Part shown: positions 9,361 to 19,189 of the stretch, in pieces | Position numbering within the stretch: the first letter of the stretch is position 1 | How the letters are laid out: each line of letters starts with the position of its first letter | Source of the DNA: Candidatus Micrarchaeota archaeon | GTDB lineage: Archaea > Micrarchaeota > Micrarchaeia > Norongarragalinales > Norongarragalinaceae | DNA: 64,000 nucleotides | Assembly: GCA_016207165.1 (NCBI GenBank) | Contig: JACQQD010000001.1 | Span: 116,643 to 180,642, forward strand | Reading direction: 5' to 3' | Notes under the pieces: generated by a model | The model's database searches: none | What the model was told of the DNA's origin: nothing | What the model saw: the letters and a program-made list of their open reading frames with translations, nothing else | Program-made: the position numbers and the translations under genes

Positions 9361-9888
9361 TCAATTGACGTTGATGGTCAGCGTTCCTTTCAGCACGCCG
9401 GAGGTCGGCCAGTAATTCGAGATTTTGACTTGGCCTTGCGGCGTGAATTCCACTGTCTTGGTCTCGCCCACGGCAAAGCGGACGGTTTCAAATGCGTCGC
9501 TTTTGACGTCGCCTCCGGCAAAGTAGACGTTGGTGTCCCGCATCTTGATGGTCAGCTTCAGTGGCACGCCTTTCTTGACGGTGATTTCTCCGGGGTACCA
9601 CGCGTTGTCGTCGACTTCCACGTACACTCCGGGTTCCGGCGTGGGCGTCTGAGTCGGCGTCAACGTGGCGGTGGCGTTTGGTTCACTTGCCACTTCCGTT
9701 GGTTCGGATGCCGCTTCTGGGCTCGGCGTTTCTGTGGGCGTGGCCGTCACCGTGGGGGTTTGGGTGGGCGTGACGTCTTCGTGAAGCACGTCTTGGATCG
9801 GCGTGGGGGTGGCTTGCGCGCCTCCGGGTGGTTGCACGCAACCGAACAGGAACACGGAGGCCAAAAGCAATGCGGCGAGCAACTTCAT
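9361..9888 (-). CDS. Lipoprotein with Thr/Pro linker and cupredoxin-like C-terminal domain
   Basis: FLFGC lipobox, PT repeats, P.EITVKKG...VEFTP motif. Confidence 0.7.
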   Translation of the reverse strand: MKLLAALLLASVFLFGCVQPPGGAQATPTPIQDVLHEDVTPTQTPTVTATPTETPSPEAASEPTEVASEPNATATLTPTQTPTPEPGVYVEVDDNAWYPGEITVKKGVPLKLTIKMRDTNVYFAGGDVKSDAFETVRFAVGETKTVEFTPQGQVKISNYWPTSGVLKGTLTINVN

Positions 9889-9975
9889 GAATCAATTCAC
9901 TTGTTGGCCCTATGGGGTTTCGTGGTTTAAGTGGGTTTTGTTTTCAGGATCGCGTGGTTGATTCGCCTCGGCACG

Positions 9976-10671
9976 TCACGTTTTCTTGATGATGTTGCCC
10001 CGTCCCTTCTTGATTTTCCGGATGAGGTTTCGGTCCTCCAATTCCGTCAGTTCCATGGAGACTTTTGCCTCGCTCCAGTCGTTCAAGGCTTTGCGCAGTT
10101 CCTTTTGCGCGCAGCGTCCGTTAAAGGAGTCGATGACTCGCAAGACCTTGTTTTGGTCGGTTGTCAGGGGCGTGTCAATGGGTTTAGCGGGCGTCAAGCC
10201 GGGCTGAATTTTGGTTTCCTGGGGCGCACGGGTTTTGTTCCGGTACATCAGGTACGCCGCGGCGGCCAAGGCCAAAAGCGTCGCCAAGGCGTAGGCCCAC
10301 CAAGCCGACGATTCGGTTTGCGTGGATGGATTGGTCGGAACGTCGGATGCGTTAAGGACCTCTTCCAACAGTTCCGTGTCGTCGTCCACGTCGCCCAACA
10401 ATATCAAGTCGATGCGGTAGCTTCCCTCCTGGGCTACGGTCACCATTTTTTCCGCCGAGGCGTTGGCTTGCCGGGCGGACAGAAGGTACGTGCCCGGCCC
10501 GACTTGGAATTCATAGGAGCCGTTGACGGCCACGATTTCCTGCAAAGGCGTCGTGTTCAAAGTCACCAACGCCTGAGTGCTTGGGTTGAGTGACTCGTCG
10601 TAGAGGTTTCCGTACAAGACGGATGCCGAAGCCAATCCGCAGAACGCCAACCAGAAAAACCATTGCTTCAT
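9976..10671 (-). CDS. Membrane-anchored protein with extracellular beta domain and C-terminal winged HTH (membrane-bound regulator)
   Basis: Signal peptide, one TM, C-terminal QKELRKAL..SEAKVS..LTELE..NLI.K.K.GRGN. Confidence 0.75.
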   Translation of the reverse strand: MKQWFFWLAFCGLASASVLYGNLYDESLNPSTQALVTLNTTPLQEIVAVNGSYEFQVGPGTYLLSARQANASAEKMVTVAQEGSYRIDLILLGDVDDDTELLEEVLNASDVPTNPSTQTESSAWWAYALATLLALAAAAYLMYRNKTRAPQETKIQPGLTPAKPIDTPLTTDQNKVLRVIDSFNGRCAQKELRKALNDWSEAKVSMELTELEDRNLIRKIKKGRGNIIKKT

Positions 10672-10882
10672 GCAGAACTTCTTTGGCGCGTGCCGCACTT
10701 TTAATCCGTCCGTTTTTGCCAAAACGCAGGCTTCCTGAAGCTTTGCTTGCTTTTTTGAGACTGGGTAAAGCTTTGCGGACTGGTTTTTTCGAAAGAATGT
10801 TTTTATACGCCGAATTCCGCAGGTGTCCGGTTTTAATGAAATGCGGCGTTGGGTGCCGCGTGAACTTCGAGGTGTTGAAGGT

Positions 10883-12109
10883 ATGAAATGGTTGAACGTG
10901 GGTTTGATGGCGTTGTTGTTGATTGGAATGGTGGGCTTGGTGGCTGCCGAGGACACCGGTGCGTCGGCTGGCGGTTCGGCGGATGCTTCCGTGAACGTCA
11001 AGCCATCCGCCCGGCCGTTGGGCGCCAAGGTGGCGGATCGCGTCAATGACGTCGCAGCCAATGCCCGAGATCGGGTTCAAAACGTCCGGGATAACGTCCA
11101 GGACCGCGTTAAGGATGTCCGTGAGAACGTGAGGGAGCGTCTGAACGAAGCGGATGACCGAAAAGTTCTTGACCGCCAGCAGGCGTTTCGTGATAAGGTG
11201 GTTGACCGACAAAACCGGATTCAAGACGGCCTCCAGGAAAAGTTTGGTGACCGTTTGGAGCAAGTCCGGGAACAGCGCGCCGAGCGCTTGGACGCGGTGA
11301 AAGAGAGAATTGCGGACGCGGAAGGCCGGTTGAAGGAGTTTCGAGCCAAATTGAACTTGACGGATGAAGAAAAAAACGAGTTTAAGGCCAAGGTCGTCGA
11401 ACACTTGCAGGCGGGCTTTGACCAACGCATCGCGTTGGCGGAAAAACTGGAAGCGGAGGGGGCGGACGCCCAGTTGGTGGCGGACTTTATCTTGTTTGCC
11501 CAAGGCCAAAAGGAAGCGTTTGCCGCGGCGGAGACCAACGATGAACGCCGTGACTTGGTCGTGGAATTCAACCAGAAATGGCGTGAGTTCAAGCAGGCCG
11601 TTGCCAAAGGCATGGCGTCGCACCGGATCGAGTTGGCGGTTGCCAAGGCGCGGGAATTGCTGGAGCGCATGTCGGGCGTGATTGACCGGTTGGAAGCGGC
11701 AGGCTTTGACGTCTCCAAATTGGATGCGTTGGAGGACCGCATTGACGAGAAACTGGAATCCGTGCTTCAGCAGGAGACCCTGCGCGAGGCGGTGCACGAG
11801 TTGAAGCAAGCGCACAAGGGCCTGATGCATTTAAAGCGCGCCATTCAGGCCGTCATCAACCACGAATTGGTCGACGAATTCCGGGAAGACCCGGCGCCGT
11901 CGGCGGTGGGCGCTGACGTGGCCGTCGAGTTGACTACGTCGGCTGCGGTGGACGCTGAAGCCGGGGAATCCACGGATTCCGATGACGCGGCACAAGAACC
12001 TTCCGCCACGCCGTCGGCCTCCGAAATTCCGACCGCATCGGCGGACGCGTCCGCTTCTCCGCAAGCCTCCGCCAGTGCCGAGGCTTCGGTGGCCGCTTCC
12101 GCTTCCTGA
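10883..12109 (+). CDS. Secreted coiled-coil protein with 11-residue repeats and Ala/Ser-rich tail
   Basis: Signal peptide, helical charged repeats; RBS gaggtg upstream. Confidence 0.75.
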   Translation: MKWLNVGLMALLLIGMVGLVAAEDTGASAGGSADASVNVKPSARPLGAKVADRVNDVAANARDRVQNVRDNVQDRVKDVRENVRERLNEADDRKVLDRQQAFRDKVVDRQNRIQDGLQEKFGDRLEQVREQRAERLDAVKERIADAEGRLKEFRAKLNLTDEEKNEFKAKVVEHLQAGFDQRIALAEKLEAEGADAQLVADFILFAQGQKEAFAAAETNDERRDLVVEFNQKWREFKQAVAKGMASHRIELAVAKARELLERMSGVIDRLEAAGFDVSKLDALEDRIDEKLESVLQQETLREAVHELKQAHKGLMHLKRAIQAVINHELVDEFREDPAPSAVGADVAVELTTSAAVDAEAGESTDSDDAAQEPSATPSASEIPTASADASASPQASASAEASVAASAS

Positions 12110-12197
12110 CTTTTTTCTTTTTCCCTTTTTTTATCCAAAGGCATAAAAGGCGTGCGTGCCTGTGCTGTCAAAACGTAATTGTTGAGGTGTTTCCGTC

Positions 12198-12437
12198 TTG
12201 AGGTTTGCATTGTTGGGTTTGCTGTTGGTGGCTTCGTTGGTTTTGTTCGGTTGCACGCAGCCAACGTCGCCTTCCGCTACGCCGGGTCCCTCTGCTTCCG
12301 CATCGGTTGTGCCAAGCGTGGATGCGTCGGTGGCGTCTGAAGTCAGCGCCGTGGATACGAGTTTGGGCGACTTGGAGTCGTTGGACGAGTTGACGGCCGG
12401 CGACTTGGACACGTCCGACTTTGACCGGCTGGGCTAG
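12198..12437 (+). CDS. Small acidic lipoprotein
   Basis: LFGC lipobox; RBS gaggtg before TTG. Confidence 0.65.
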   Translation: MRFALLGLLLVASLVLFGCTQPTSPSATPGPSASASVVPSVDASVASEVSAVDTSLGDLESLDELTAGDLDTSDFDRLG

Positions 12438-12438
12438 A

Positions 12439-13917
12439 TTATTTTTCTATTTTTTCCCTTTTTTTGCGGTGGAAGGTCACCGCGAAGCGGTGGACTTCGT
12501 CCCTCATTTTCTGGAGGAGTTTGAGGCCGGCGTGGTTTTTCGGCAATTGGATGGGTTGGCTTCGGCCTTGCACGTGGATTTCCTCGAATTCTTTGGCCAA
12601 CGCGATGGTGGAGATGCGCACCGCGGCGTCATCCATGGCTTTAAGCGAAGCGGATAATTGGCCTTTGCCGCCGTCGATGAGGACGAGGTCGGGAAGTTTC
12701 TTGTTTTCGCGGCGGAGCCGGTCGTAGCGTCGGAAAACCATTTCGCGCATGGCGGCGAAGTCGTCGGGCATCGGGTTTTGGGTGTTTGCCGCTTGGATGT
12801 TGAAGTGGCGGTAGTTTTTTTTGTCGGGTTGGCCGTCTTGGAAACAAACCATGGCGCCCACGGTTTGATTGCCTTGGAGGGTGGATACATCAAATGCTTC
12901 GATGACGTGTGGGGTTTTGCGGAGGTTCAAGGTTTTTTGCAGGTCGAGGATTTCCACGGGAATGGTTTGGTGGAGCATGCGGGCCGCGTTTTCTTCGGCG
13001 AGTTCAAGCAGGTTGGCGGCGACGCCAGTCTTGGGTGTTTTCAGGCGCGTGTCCGGGAAAAGGGCTTGGGGTAAGGGCTGGCGGGTAATGATTTCTTTTG
13101 GAGGACGGCGCGTGGCGTAGTACTGGATGAGGAATTCCTCCACCGGGTTTTCGTTGAGGGACTCGTACGCGTATTTTTGTTGTTCGGATAGAACGCCAAA
13201 TCGGACGCGGAAGACTTGGAAGGCCACGCGTTCTCCGTCTTGGCCAAATCCCAGCACGTCTTGGTGGGCGGAGGTTTTTTGTTCGACGCTTTGTTTTTCT
13301 TCCAGCGCATCCAAGGCGGCCAACCGGTTTTTGTAAAGCAACGCTTTCTCGTATTCCTGGTTGTTGGAGGCGGTTTTCATGCGTTCTTGGAGTTGGTCCT
13401 TCAGGTCGGTTTTTCCTTCCAACACCGTTTCAAAGAGCGCGTAGGCTTCGTCTTGTTCGGCTTTTTCCAGGGGTTTCCCGGTTTTCTGGAAATACAGGGC
13501 GCGCAGGTACTTGATCAATTCGAATCGGTGGCTGCCTTTTCCAAACGGGCCATAGACTTTGCCTTTCGGGAATTTTTGTCCGGGCACTCGGCGCACGGTT
13601 TTGAGGCGAAGCGGATTCTTCTGTAAAACCAGGTACGCGTAGCGGATGCCGTCCTTGAGCATGACGTTGTATTGCGGCTGAAGGGCTTGGATGAGGCGTT
13701 GTTCCAAGAGCAGCGCCTCCGTTTCGGTGTGCGTGACGGTGACGTCCACGGACGTGGCTTCCAGAACCAGGCGTTGGGCTTTTTCGGGCGCGTCGGATGA
13801 AAAGTATGAGGCGACGCGGTGGGAGATGTTTTTGGCTTTGCCGACGTACAATACCTCGTCGCCGTGCTTGAATTGGTAGACGCCGGGGCGGTTGGGTAGG
13901 GCTTCGGGCTTGTTCAT
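12439..13917 (-). CDS. uvrC: Excinuclease ABC subunit C
   Basis: GIY-YIG PGVY...YVGKAKN, IEAFDVS, DDFAAM, PDLVLIDGGKGQL, RDEVHRFA; C-terminal HhH domain absent. Confidence 0.95.
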   Translation of the reverse strand: MNKPEALPNRPGVYQFKHGDEVLYVGKAKNISHRVASYFSSDAPEKAQRLVLEATSVDVTVTHTETEALLLEQRLIQALQPQYNVMLKDGIRYAYLVLQKNPLRLKTVRRVPGQKFPKGKVYGPFGKGSHRFELIKYLRALYFQKTGKPLEKAEQDEAYALFETVLEGKTDLKDQLQERMKTASNNQEYEKALLYKNRLAALDALEEKQSVEQKTSAHQDVLGFGQDGERVAFQVFRVRFGVLSEQQKYAYESLNENPVEEFLIQYYATRRPPKEIITRQPLPQALFPDTRLKTPKTGVAANLLELAEENAARMLHQTIPVEILDLQKTLNLRKTPHVIEAFDVSTLQGNQTVGAMVCFQDGQPDKKNYRHFNIQAANTQNPMPDDFAAMREMVFRRYDRLRRENKKLPDLVLIDGGKGQLSASLKAMDDAAVRISTIALAKEFEEIHVQGRSQPIQLPKNHAGLKLLQKMRDEVHRFAVTFHRKKREKIEK

Positions 13918-14039
13918 TTGGTTTTCTTTTTGTTTTTTTTGAAGACGTTTTCCCATTCTTCATCTTCGGGGTTGTCCCAAAGCTCCGTCATTTTAGGTTT
14001 TTGGGCCTGTTTGAGGAACTCCTTTTCTTCGTTGTTCAT
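13914..14039 (-). CDS. 41-aa small protein (LWDNPEDEEW motif) between uvrA and uvrC
   Basis: ATGA overlaps with both the uvrA stop and the uvrC start. Confidence 0.55.
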   Translation of the reverse strand: MNNEEKEFLKQAQKPKMTELWDNPEDEEWENVFKKNKKKTK

Positions 14040-16858
14040 GGTGATGCCTCTTGGAGGGTTTTCTTCAAATAGGCTCCTGTGAAGCTGTCCTTGTTTTTGG
14101 CGACGTCTTCCGGCGTGCCTTGGGCGACGATGTATCCGCCGGCGTCCCCGCCTTCGGGGCCCAAGTCAATGACCCAGTCGGATGACTTGACCACGTCCAA
14201 GTTGTGTTCGATGACCAAAACAGTGTTGCCAGCGTCCACGAGGCGTTGCAGGACGTTGAGGAGTTTGTCGACGTCGTCGAAATGCAGGCCGGTGGTGGGT
14301 TCATCCAGCAAGTACAGGGTGTTGCCGGTGGCGCGTTTGGAGAGTTCCGCGGCCAGTTTGATGCGCTGCGCTTCGCCGCCGGAAAGGGTTGTAGCGGATT
14401 GGCCGAGTTTGATGTAGCCGAGGCCCACGTCGAAGATGGTTTGGAGTTTTTCCTGGACGCGGGGAATTTTTGAAAAGAATTCCAGGGCTTCCTCGACGCT
14501 CATGTCCAAGACGTCGGAAATGGTTTTGTGTTTGTACGTCACGTCCAACGTCTCTTTCTGGTATCTTCGGCCGAGGCATTGTTCGCAGGACACGTACACG
14601 TCCGGCAAGAATTGCATCTCGATTTTTATGGTGCCGTGGCCCTCGCATTTCTCGCAGCGGCCGGACTTGACGTTGAACGAGAACCGTCCGGCGCTGTATC
14701 CGCGGGCGCGCGCCTCCGGCGTGGCGGCGAAAAGCTGTCGGATGACGTCAAACACGCCGATGTACGTGGCGGGATTGCTTCGGGGCGTGCGGCCGATGGG
14801 GGACTGGTCCACCAAAATGATTTTGTCGACTTCGTTTCGGCCCTCGATTTTCTCGTGTTGGCCCGGTTTTTCCTTGGCGCCAAAGAAGTGTTGGGCGAGG
14901 GCTTTGTAGAGCACGTCGTGGCACAGCGTGCTTTTCCCAGAACCGGACACGCCGGTGACGCACGTGAATGTCTTGAGGGGGATGGACACGTCGATGTGTT
15001 TGAGGTTGTGTTCGCCTGCTTTTTTCACGACCATTTTTTTCTTTCCCGTACGGCGTTTGGGGGGTAGGGCAATGGATTTTTCGCGGCGGAGGTAGGCGCC
15101 GGTGAGGCTGTTTTTGTTGGATTGGATTTGCTTGGGGGTTCCCTGCGCCACCACGTGGCCGCCGTGGATGCCGGCTTTGGGTCCCAAGTCGACGACGAAG
15201 TCCGCGGCGCGGATGGTGTCCTCGTCGTGTTCTACGACGAGAACCGAGTTGCCCAAGTCGCGAAGGCGTTGAAGGGTTTCGATGAGTTTGTGGTTGTCTT
15301 TTTGGTGTAAGCCGATGGAGGGTTCGTCCAATACGTACAGGACGCCGGTGAGGTTGGAGCCGATTTGGGTGGCCAATCGGATGCGTTGGCCTTCGCCTCC
15401 GCTTAAAGTCGCGGCTTTTCTGGATAACGTCAGGTAGTCCAGGCCCACGTTGTGCAGGAACGACAGCCGGGAATTGATTTCCTTGAGGATCATCGACGCG
15501 ATTTGGCGTTGGCGGTTGTCGAGTTTCACGGCTTGGAAGAATTCCCGGAGTTCGTGGATGGGGTAATTGGTTAATTCAATGATGTCTTGGCCTTGGATTT
15601 TGACGGCGAGGCTTTCTTTTTTGAGTCGTTTGCCGTTGCACGCCGTGCAGTCAATGGACCGCATGTATTGCTCGAGTTGTTCCCTTCGGGCGTCGGTTTC
15701 CGCGGACTCGTACTGGCGCAAAAGTTGGGGTATGACGCCTTCAAAGCTTCCGGAGTGTTGCCACTTGGAGTCGCTGGTTTTGGCGTAGAACGTGAATTGG
15801 AAGGTGTCCTCGGACCCAAACAAGAGGGCTTGGCGTTGTTGGGGGGTGTATTGGCGGAGGGGTTGGTTCAAGTCGAATCCCAGGCGTTTGCCGACTTGGG
15901 CGGCGGTCTGCAGGCGGTAGGACTTGAACATGCCGCGCCAGGGCCGAACGGCTCCCTCGTTGAGCGAAAGCTCGGGTTCGGGGATGATCAAGTCGGGGTC
16001 GAACTCTTTTTTTTCGCCGAGCCCGTTGCATTCCGGGCACGCGCCAAACGGCGAGTTGAAGGAGAACATGCGGGGCTCGACTTGCTGGATGCTGGTGCCG
16101 CAGTCCGCGCAGGCGTTGTTTTGGGAGTAGAGCTGGTCCTTTCCGTTCAGGACGGCTATCATTTCGCCTTTTCCGGATTTCAGCGCCGCTTCCACGCTGT
16201 CCGCCAAGCGCGTTCGTTCCAGTTCGCCGGGCGCAAACCGGTCGACGACGGCTTCAATGGAGTGGCGCTCGTATTTGGCGAGTTTGACTTGGTCGGCGTC
16301 ATCCAAATCCAGGGGTTTTCCGTCGACGCGGGCCATGGAGTAACCTTGTTTTTTCAGATCGGAAAACACGTATTCGTAAGTGCCTTTTTTTTCGCGGACG
16401 ACGGGGGACAACACCACGACTTCGCCTTCTTCTTTCAGAAGCGCTTCGGTGATGCGTTGCGCGGACTGGCCTTCAATGGGTTTGCCGCATTTCGGACAAT
16501 GCGCGGTGCCGATGCGGGCGTACAACAACCTCAAGTAGTCGTAGATTTCCGTGACCGTTCCGACGGTGGAGCGGGGGTTCTTGGACACGCTTTTTTGTTC
16601 GATGGCGATCGCCGGACTTAGTCCGTCGATGGAGTCGACGTCGGGTTTTTCCATCAAGCCCAAGAATTGCCGTGCGTAGGCGGAGAGGGATTCGACGTAG
16701 CGGCGTTGGCCTTCGGCGTAAATGGTGTCAAACGCGAGGGTGGATTTTCCGCTTCCGCTTAAACCGGTGATGACGACCAACTGGTTTTTGGGAATGTCCA
16801 GGGAAATGTTTTTGAGGTTGTGTTCGCGGGCTCCTTTGACGGAAATGTAGTTTTTCAT
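14036..16858 (-). CDS. uvrA: Excinuclease ABC subunit A
   Basis: GAREHNLKN, two Walker A motifs, LSGGE, Zn fingers. Confidence 0.98.
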   Translation of the reverse strand: MKNYISVKGAREHNLKNISLDIPKNQLVVITGLSGSGKSTLAFDTIYAEGQRRYVESLSAYARQFLGLMEKPDVDSIDGLSPAIAIEQKSVSKNPRSTVGTVTEIYDYLRLLYARIGTAHCPKCGKPIEGQSAQRITEALLKEEGEVVVLSPVVREKKGTYEYVFSDLKKQGYSMARVDGKPLDLDDADQVKLAKYERHSIEAVVDRFAPGELERTRLADSVEAALKSGKGEMIAVLNGKDQLYSQNNACADCGTSIQQVEPRMFSFNSPFGACPECNGLGEKKEFDPDLIIPEPELSLNEGAVRPWRGMFKSYRLQTAAQVGKRLGFDLNQPLRQYTPQQRQALLFGSEDTFQFTFYAKTSDSKWQHSGSFEGVIPQLLRQYESAETDARREQLEQYMRSIDCTACNGKRLKKESLAVKIQGQDIIELTNYPIHELREFFQAVKLDNRQRQIASMILKEINSRLSFLHNVGLDYLTLSRKAATLSGGEGQRIRLATQIGSNLTGVLYVLDEPSIGLHQKDNHKLIETLQRLRDLGNSVLVVEHDEDTIRAADFVVDLGPKAGIHGGHVVAQGTPKQIQSNKNSLTGAYLRREKSIALPPKRRTGKKKMVVKKAGEHNLKHIDVSIPLKTFTCVTGVSGSGKSTLCHDVLYKALAQHFFGAKEKPGQHEKIEGRNEVDKIILVDQSPIGRTPRSNPATYIGVFDVIRQLFAATPEARARGYSAGRFSFNVKSGRCEKCEGHGTIKIEMQFLPDVYVSCEQCLGRRYQKETLDVTYKHKTISDVLDMSVEEALEFFSKIPRVQEKLQTIFDVGLGYIKLGQSATTLSGGEAQRIKLAAELSKRATGNTLYLLDEPTTGLHFDDVDKLLNVLQRLVDAGNTVLVIEHNLDVVKSSDWVIDLGPEGGDAGGYIVAQGTPEDVAKNKDSFTGAYLKKTLQEASP

Positions 16859-16862
16859 TTTT

Positions 16863-18803
16863 TTAGTTTACCTCGTTGTTTTTTTTCTTTCGCGCGGCCA
16901 CTTGTTTTTGGAGTTGGCGAAGTTGGTTGCGCAAGTCGATGGCTTTCTCGAATTCCAGGTTGGTGGCGGCGTTTTGCATGGACGTTTCCGTGTTGACCAG
17001 TTCCTCACGGAGTTTCTTGTCGGAAAGCACCGTGACGTCCAGGTGTTCGACGGGCTGCTCGAGGATTTTTTTCTGGATGGTTTTAGGGGTGATGCCGTGG
17101 GCGGCGTTGTACGCCAACTGTTTTTCGCGTCGTCGCGCCGTCTCGTCCATGGCGGTTTGCATGGATTTTGTGACGTGGTCGGCGTAGAGGATGACTTGGG
17201 CGTCCGTGTTGCGGCAGGCCCGCCCGATGGTTTGGATCAAGCTTTTTTCGGCGCGCAAGAAGCCTTCCTTGTCGGCGTCCAAAATGGCGACCAGGGCGAC
17301 TTCGGGCAGGTCCAATCCTTCTCGCAGCAAGTTGATTCCCACCAGGCAATCAAATTCGCCGAGGCGCAACTGGCGCAAGAGTTCGGTGCGTTCCAGGGTC
17401 TTGATTTCCGAGTGCAAGTAGCGCACTCGGATTTGTTTTTCGGAGAGGTATTCGGTGAGGTCTTCGGCAAAGCGTTTGGTCAGCACCGTCACCAGGGTTC
17501 GGTGCCCTTTCTTGGCGGTTTCCCGGATTTGTTTTTCCACGTCTTGGATTTGGGTTTTGGCGGGACGGACTTCGACGTGCGGGTCCACGACGCCGGTAGG
17601 CCTAATGAGTTGTTCGACGACGGGGTACTCTAGTTCGAATTCACCGGGGGTGGCGGAGACGAAGATGACGTTTTTCATGTATTTCTGGAATTCGTTGAAT
17701 TTCAGGGGCCGGTTGTCCATGGCCGATGGAAGGCGGAAGCCGTAGTCCACGAGGTTTTTCTTGCGGGTGAAATCGCCGTGGTACATGCCTCGCAGTTGTG
17801 GAAGGGTTACGTGGGACTCGTCGATGATGGTGAGGAAGTCCTCCGGGAAATAGTCCAGCAGGCAGGAAGGCGGCGTGCCGGGGGCTCGTCCGTCGAAATG
17901 CCTGGAATAGTTTTCGATTCCGGAGCAGTACCCCAATTCCTGGATTTGTTCCACGTCGTATTCGGTTCGTTGCTTGAGGCGGTGGCGTTCCAGTTCCGAA
18001 AGCTGGGGCAGGCGGTCGTCCAGTTCGCGTTGAATGCTTTGGATGGCGGAATCCACTTTTTCTTGGGGGGTGACGAAGTGCTTGGCGGGCACGATGAACG
18101 CTTTTTGCATGTCTTGGATTCTTTCTCCGGAAACCCCTCGAATCCGCGTGATTTTCTCGATTTTTTTCCCGAAAAAGCGGATGCGGAACGCGTCGTCGCC
18201 GTATCCCGGAAACACGTCGACGGTGTCGCCTTGGACGCGGAAAGAGCCTTTCTTGGGGTCGGTGGTGCGCTGGTACTGCATGTGGATGAGTTGGCGCAAA
18301 AAGGTTTGGCGGTCAAGTTCCTGGTTTTTCTGGAGGGTGGCGCTTAACGCGGCAAAGTCCTTTGGTGAGCCGAGGCCGTAGATGCAGGACACGGTGGCCA
18401 CCACCACGGTACACGGGTCGGAGAGCAGGGACGCGGTGGCTTGCAACCGCAATTCCTCGATTTTCTCGTTTCGTTTGACGTCTTTTTCGATGTAGAGGTC
18501 CTGGGCGGGCAAGTAGCTTTCGGGTTGGTAGTAGTCGAAATAGGACACGAAGTAGCCGACTTGGTTGTGGGGGAAAAACTCGCGAAATTCCTGGTAGAGT
18601 TGCGCGGCCAGCGTCTTGTTGTGGGAGATGACCAACGCGGGTTTTTGGGTTTGGGCGATGACGTTGGATACGGTGAACGTCTTGCCCGTGCCGGTCGCAC
18701 CCAGAAGCGTCTGCTTGCCGCCTTTTTTGACTCCTTGGACCAATGCTTGGATGGCTTGGGGCTGGTCGCCGGTGGGCGTGAACGGTGCCGCTACGTCATA
18801 CAT
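16863..18803 (-). CDS. uvrB: Excinuclease ABC subunit B
   Basis: PTGDQPQAI, GATGTGKT, YFDYYQPE, DESH, GINLLREGLD. Confidence 0.98.
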   Translation of the reverse strand: MYDVAAPFTPTGDQPQAIQALVQGVKKGGKQTLLGATGTGKTFTVSNVIAQTQKPALVISHNKTLAAQLYQEFREFFPHNQVGYFVSYFDYYQPESYLPAQDLYIEKDVKRNEKIEELRLQATASLLSDPCTVVVATVSCIYGLGSPKDFAALSATLQKNQELDRQTFLRQLIHMQYQRTTDPKKGSFRVQGDTVDVFPGYGDDAFRIRFFGKKIEKITRIRGVSGERIQDMQKAFIVPAKHFVTPQEKVDSAIQSIQRELDDRLPQLSELERHRLKQRTEYDVEQIQELGYCSGIENYSRHFDGRAPGTPPSCLLDYFPEDFLTIIDESHVTLPQLRGMYHGDFTRKKNLVDYGFRLPSAMDNRPLKFNEFQKYMKNVIFVSATPGEFELEYPVVEQLIRPTGVVDPHVEVRPAKTQIQDVEKQIRETAKKGHRTLVTVLTKRFAEDLTEYLSEKQIRVRYLHSEIKTLERTELLRQLRLGEFDCLVGINLLREGLDLPEVALVAILDADKEGFLRAEKSLIQTIGRACRNTDAQVILYADHVTKSMQTAMDETARRREKQLAYNAAHGITPKTIQKKILEQPVEHLDVTVLSDKKLREELVNTETSMQNAATNLEFEKAIDLRNQLRQLQKQVAARKKKNNEVN

Positions 18804-18952
18804 TTTTTTCTTGGCCTTCCCCCGAGAAATCGGTCGTATTTTGATGCCGTTACTGGCTTTTTTGGCTTTGCCCCAGTGGCTGGCCGGTGAACGTCAGTCC
18901 GGTGGGGTGGGGGGCGGGCTTGTTTTGGCCGGATAACGTGCGTTTTGCGCTT

Positions 18953-19189
18953 CTAGGGCACGCGGACGCCCAGGATTTTCAGCACCATCAAAACGACGAG
19001 CACGATTAACGCGGCGATGGCCAAGATGCCGAGGCCTTGCGTGAGCATGGCGGGTCGAATGAGGGAGTTGTAGCTTCGTTCGGATGGTTCTTCCGGGGGT
19101 TTTGGGGGCAGGGCCGTTCTTCGTTCCAGTACGATGTGGCCGTTGAGGTCTTCGGGGCTGAAGGGTACGTGGGGCCGCAGCCTAGCCAC
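18953..19189 (-). CDS. Small protein with C-terminal TM helix
   Basis: Overlaps the lyase gene stop; hydrophobic C-terminus. Confidence 0.5.
   Translation of the reverse strand: MARLRPHVPFSPEDLNGHIVLERRTALPPKPPEEPSERSYNSLIRPAMLTQGLGILAIAALIVLVVLMVLKILGVRVP

Noticed and set aside
18870-18935. Weak hairpin ccggtgaacgtcagtccgg upstream of uvrB
   Set aside because: Imperfect and not clearly related to the hairpin family
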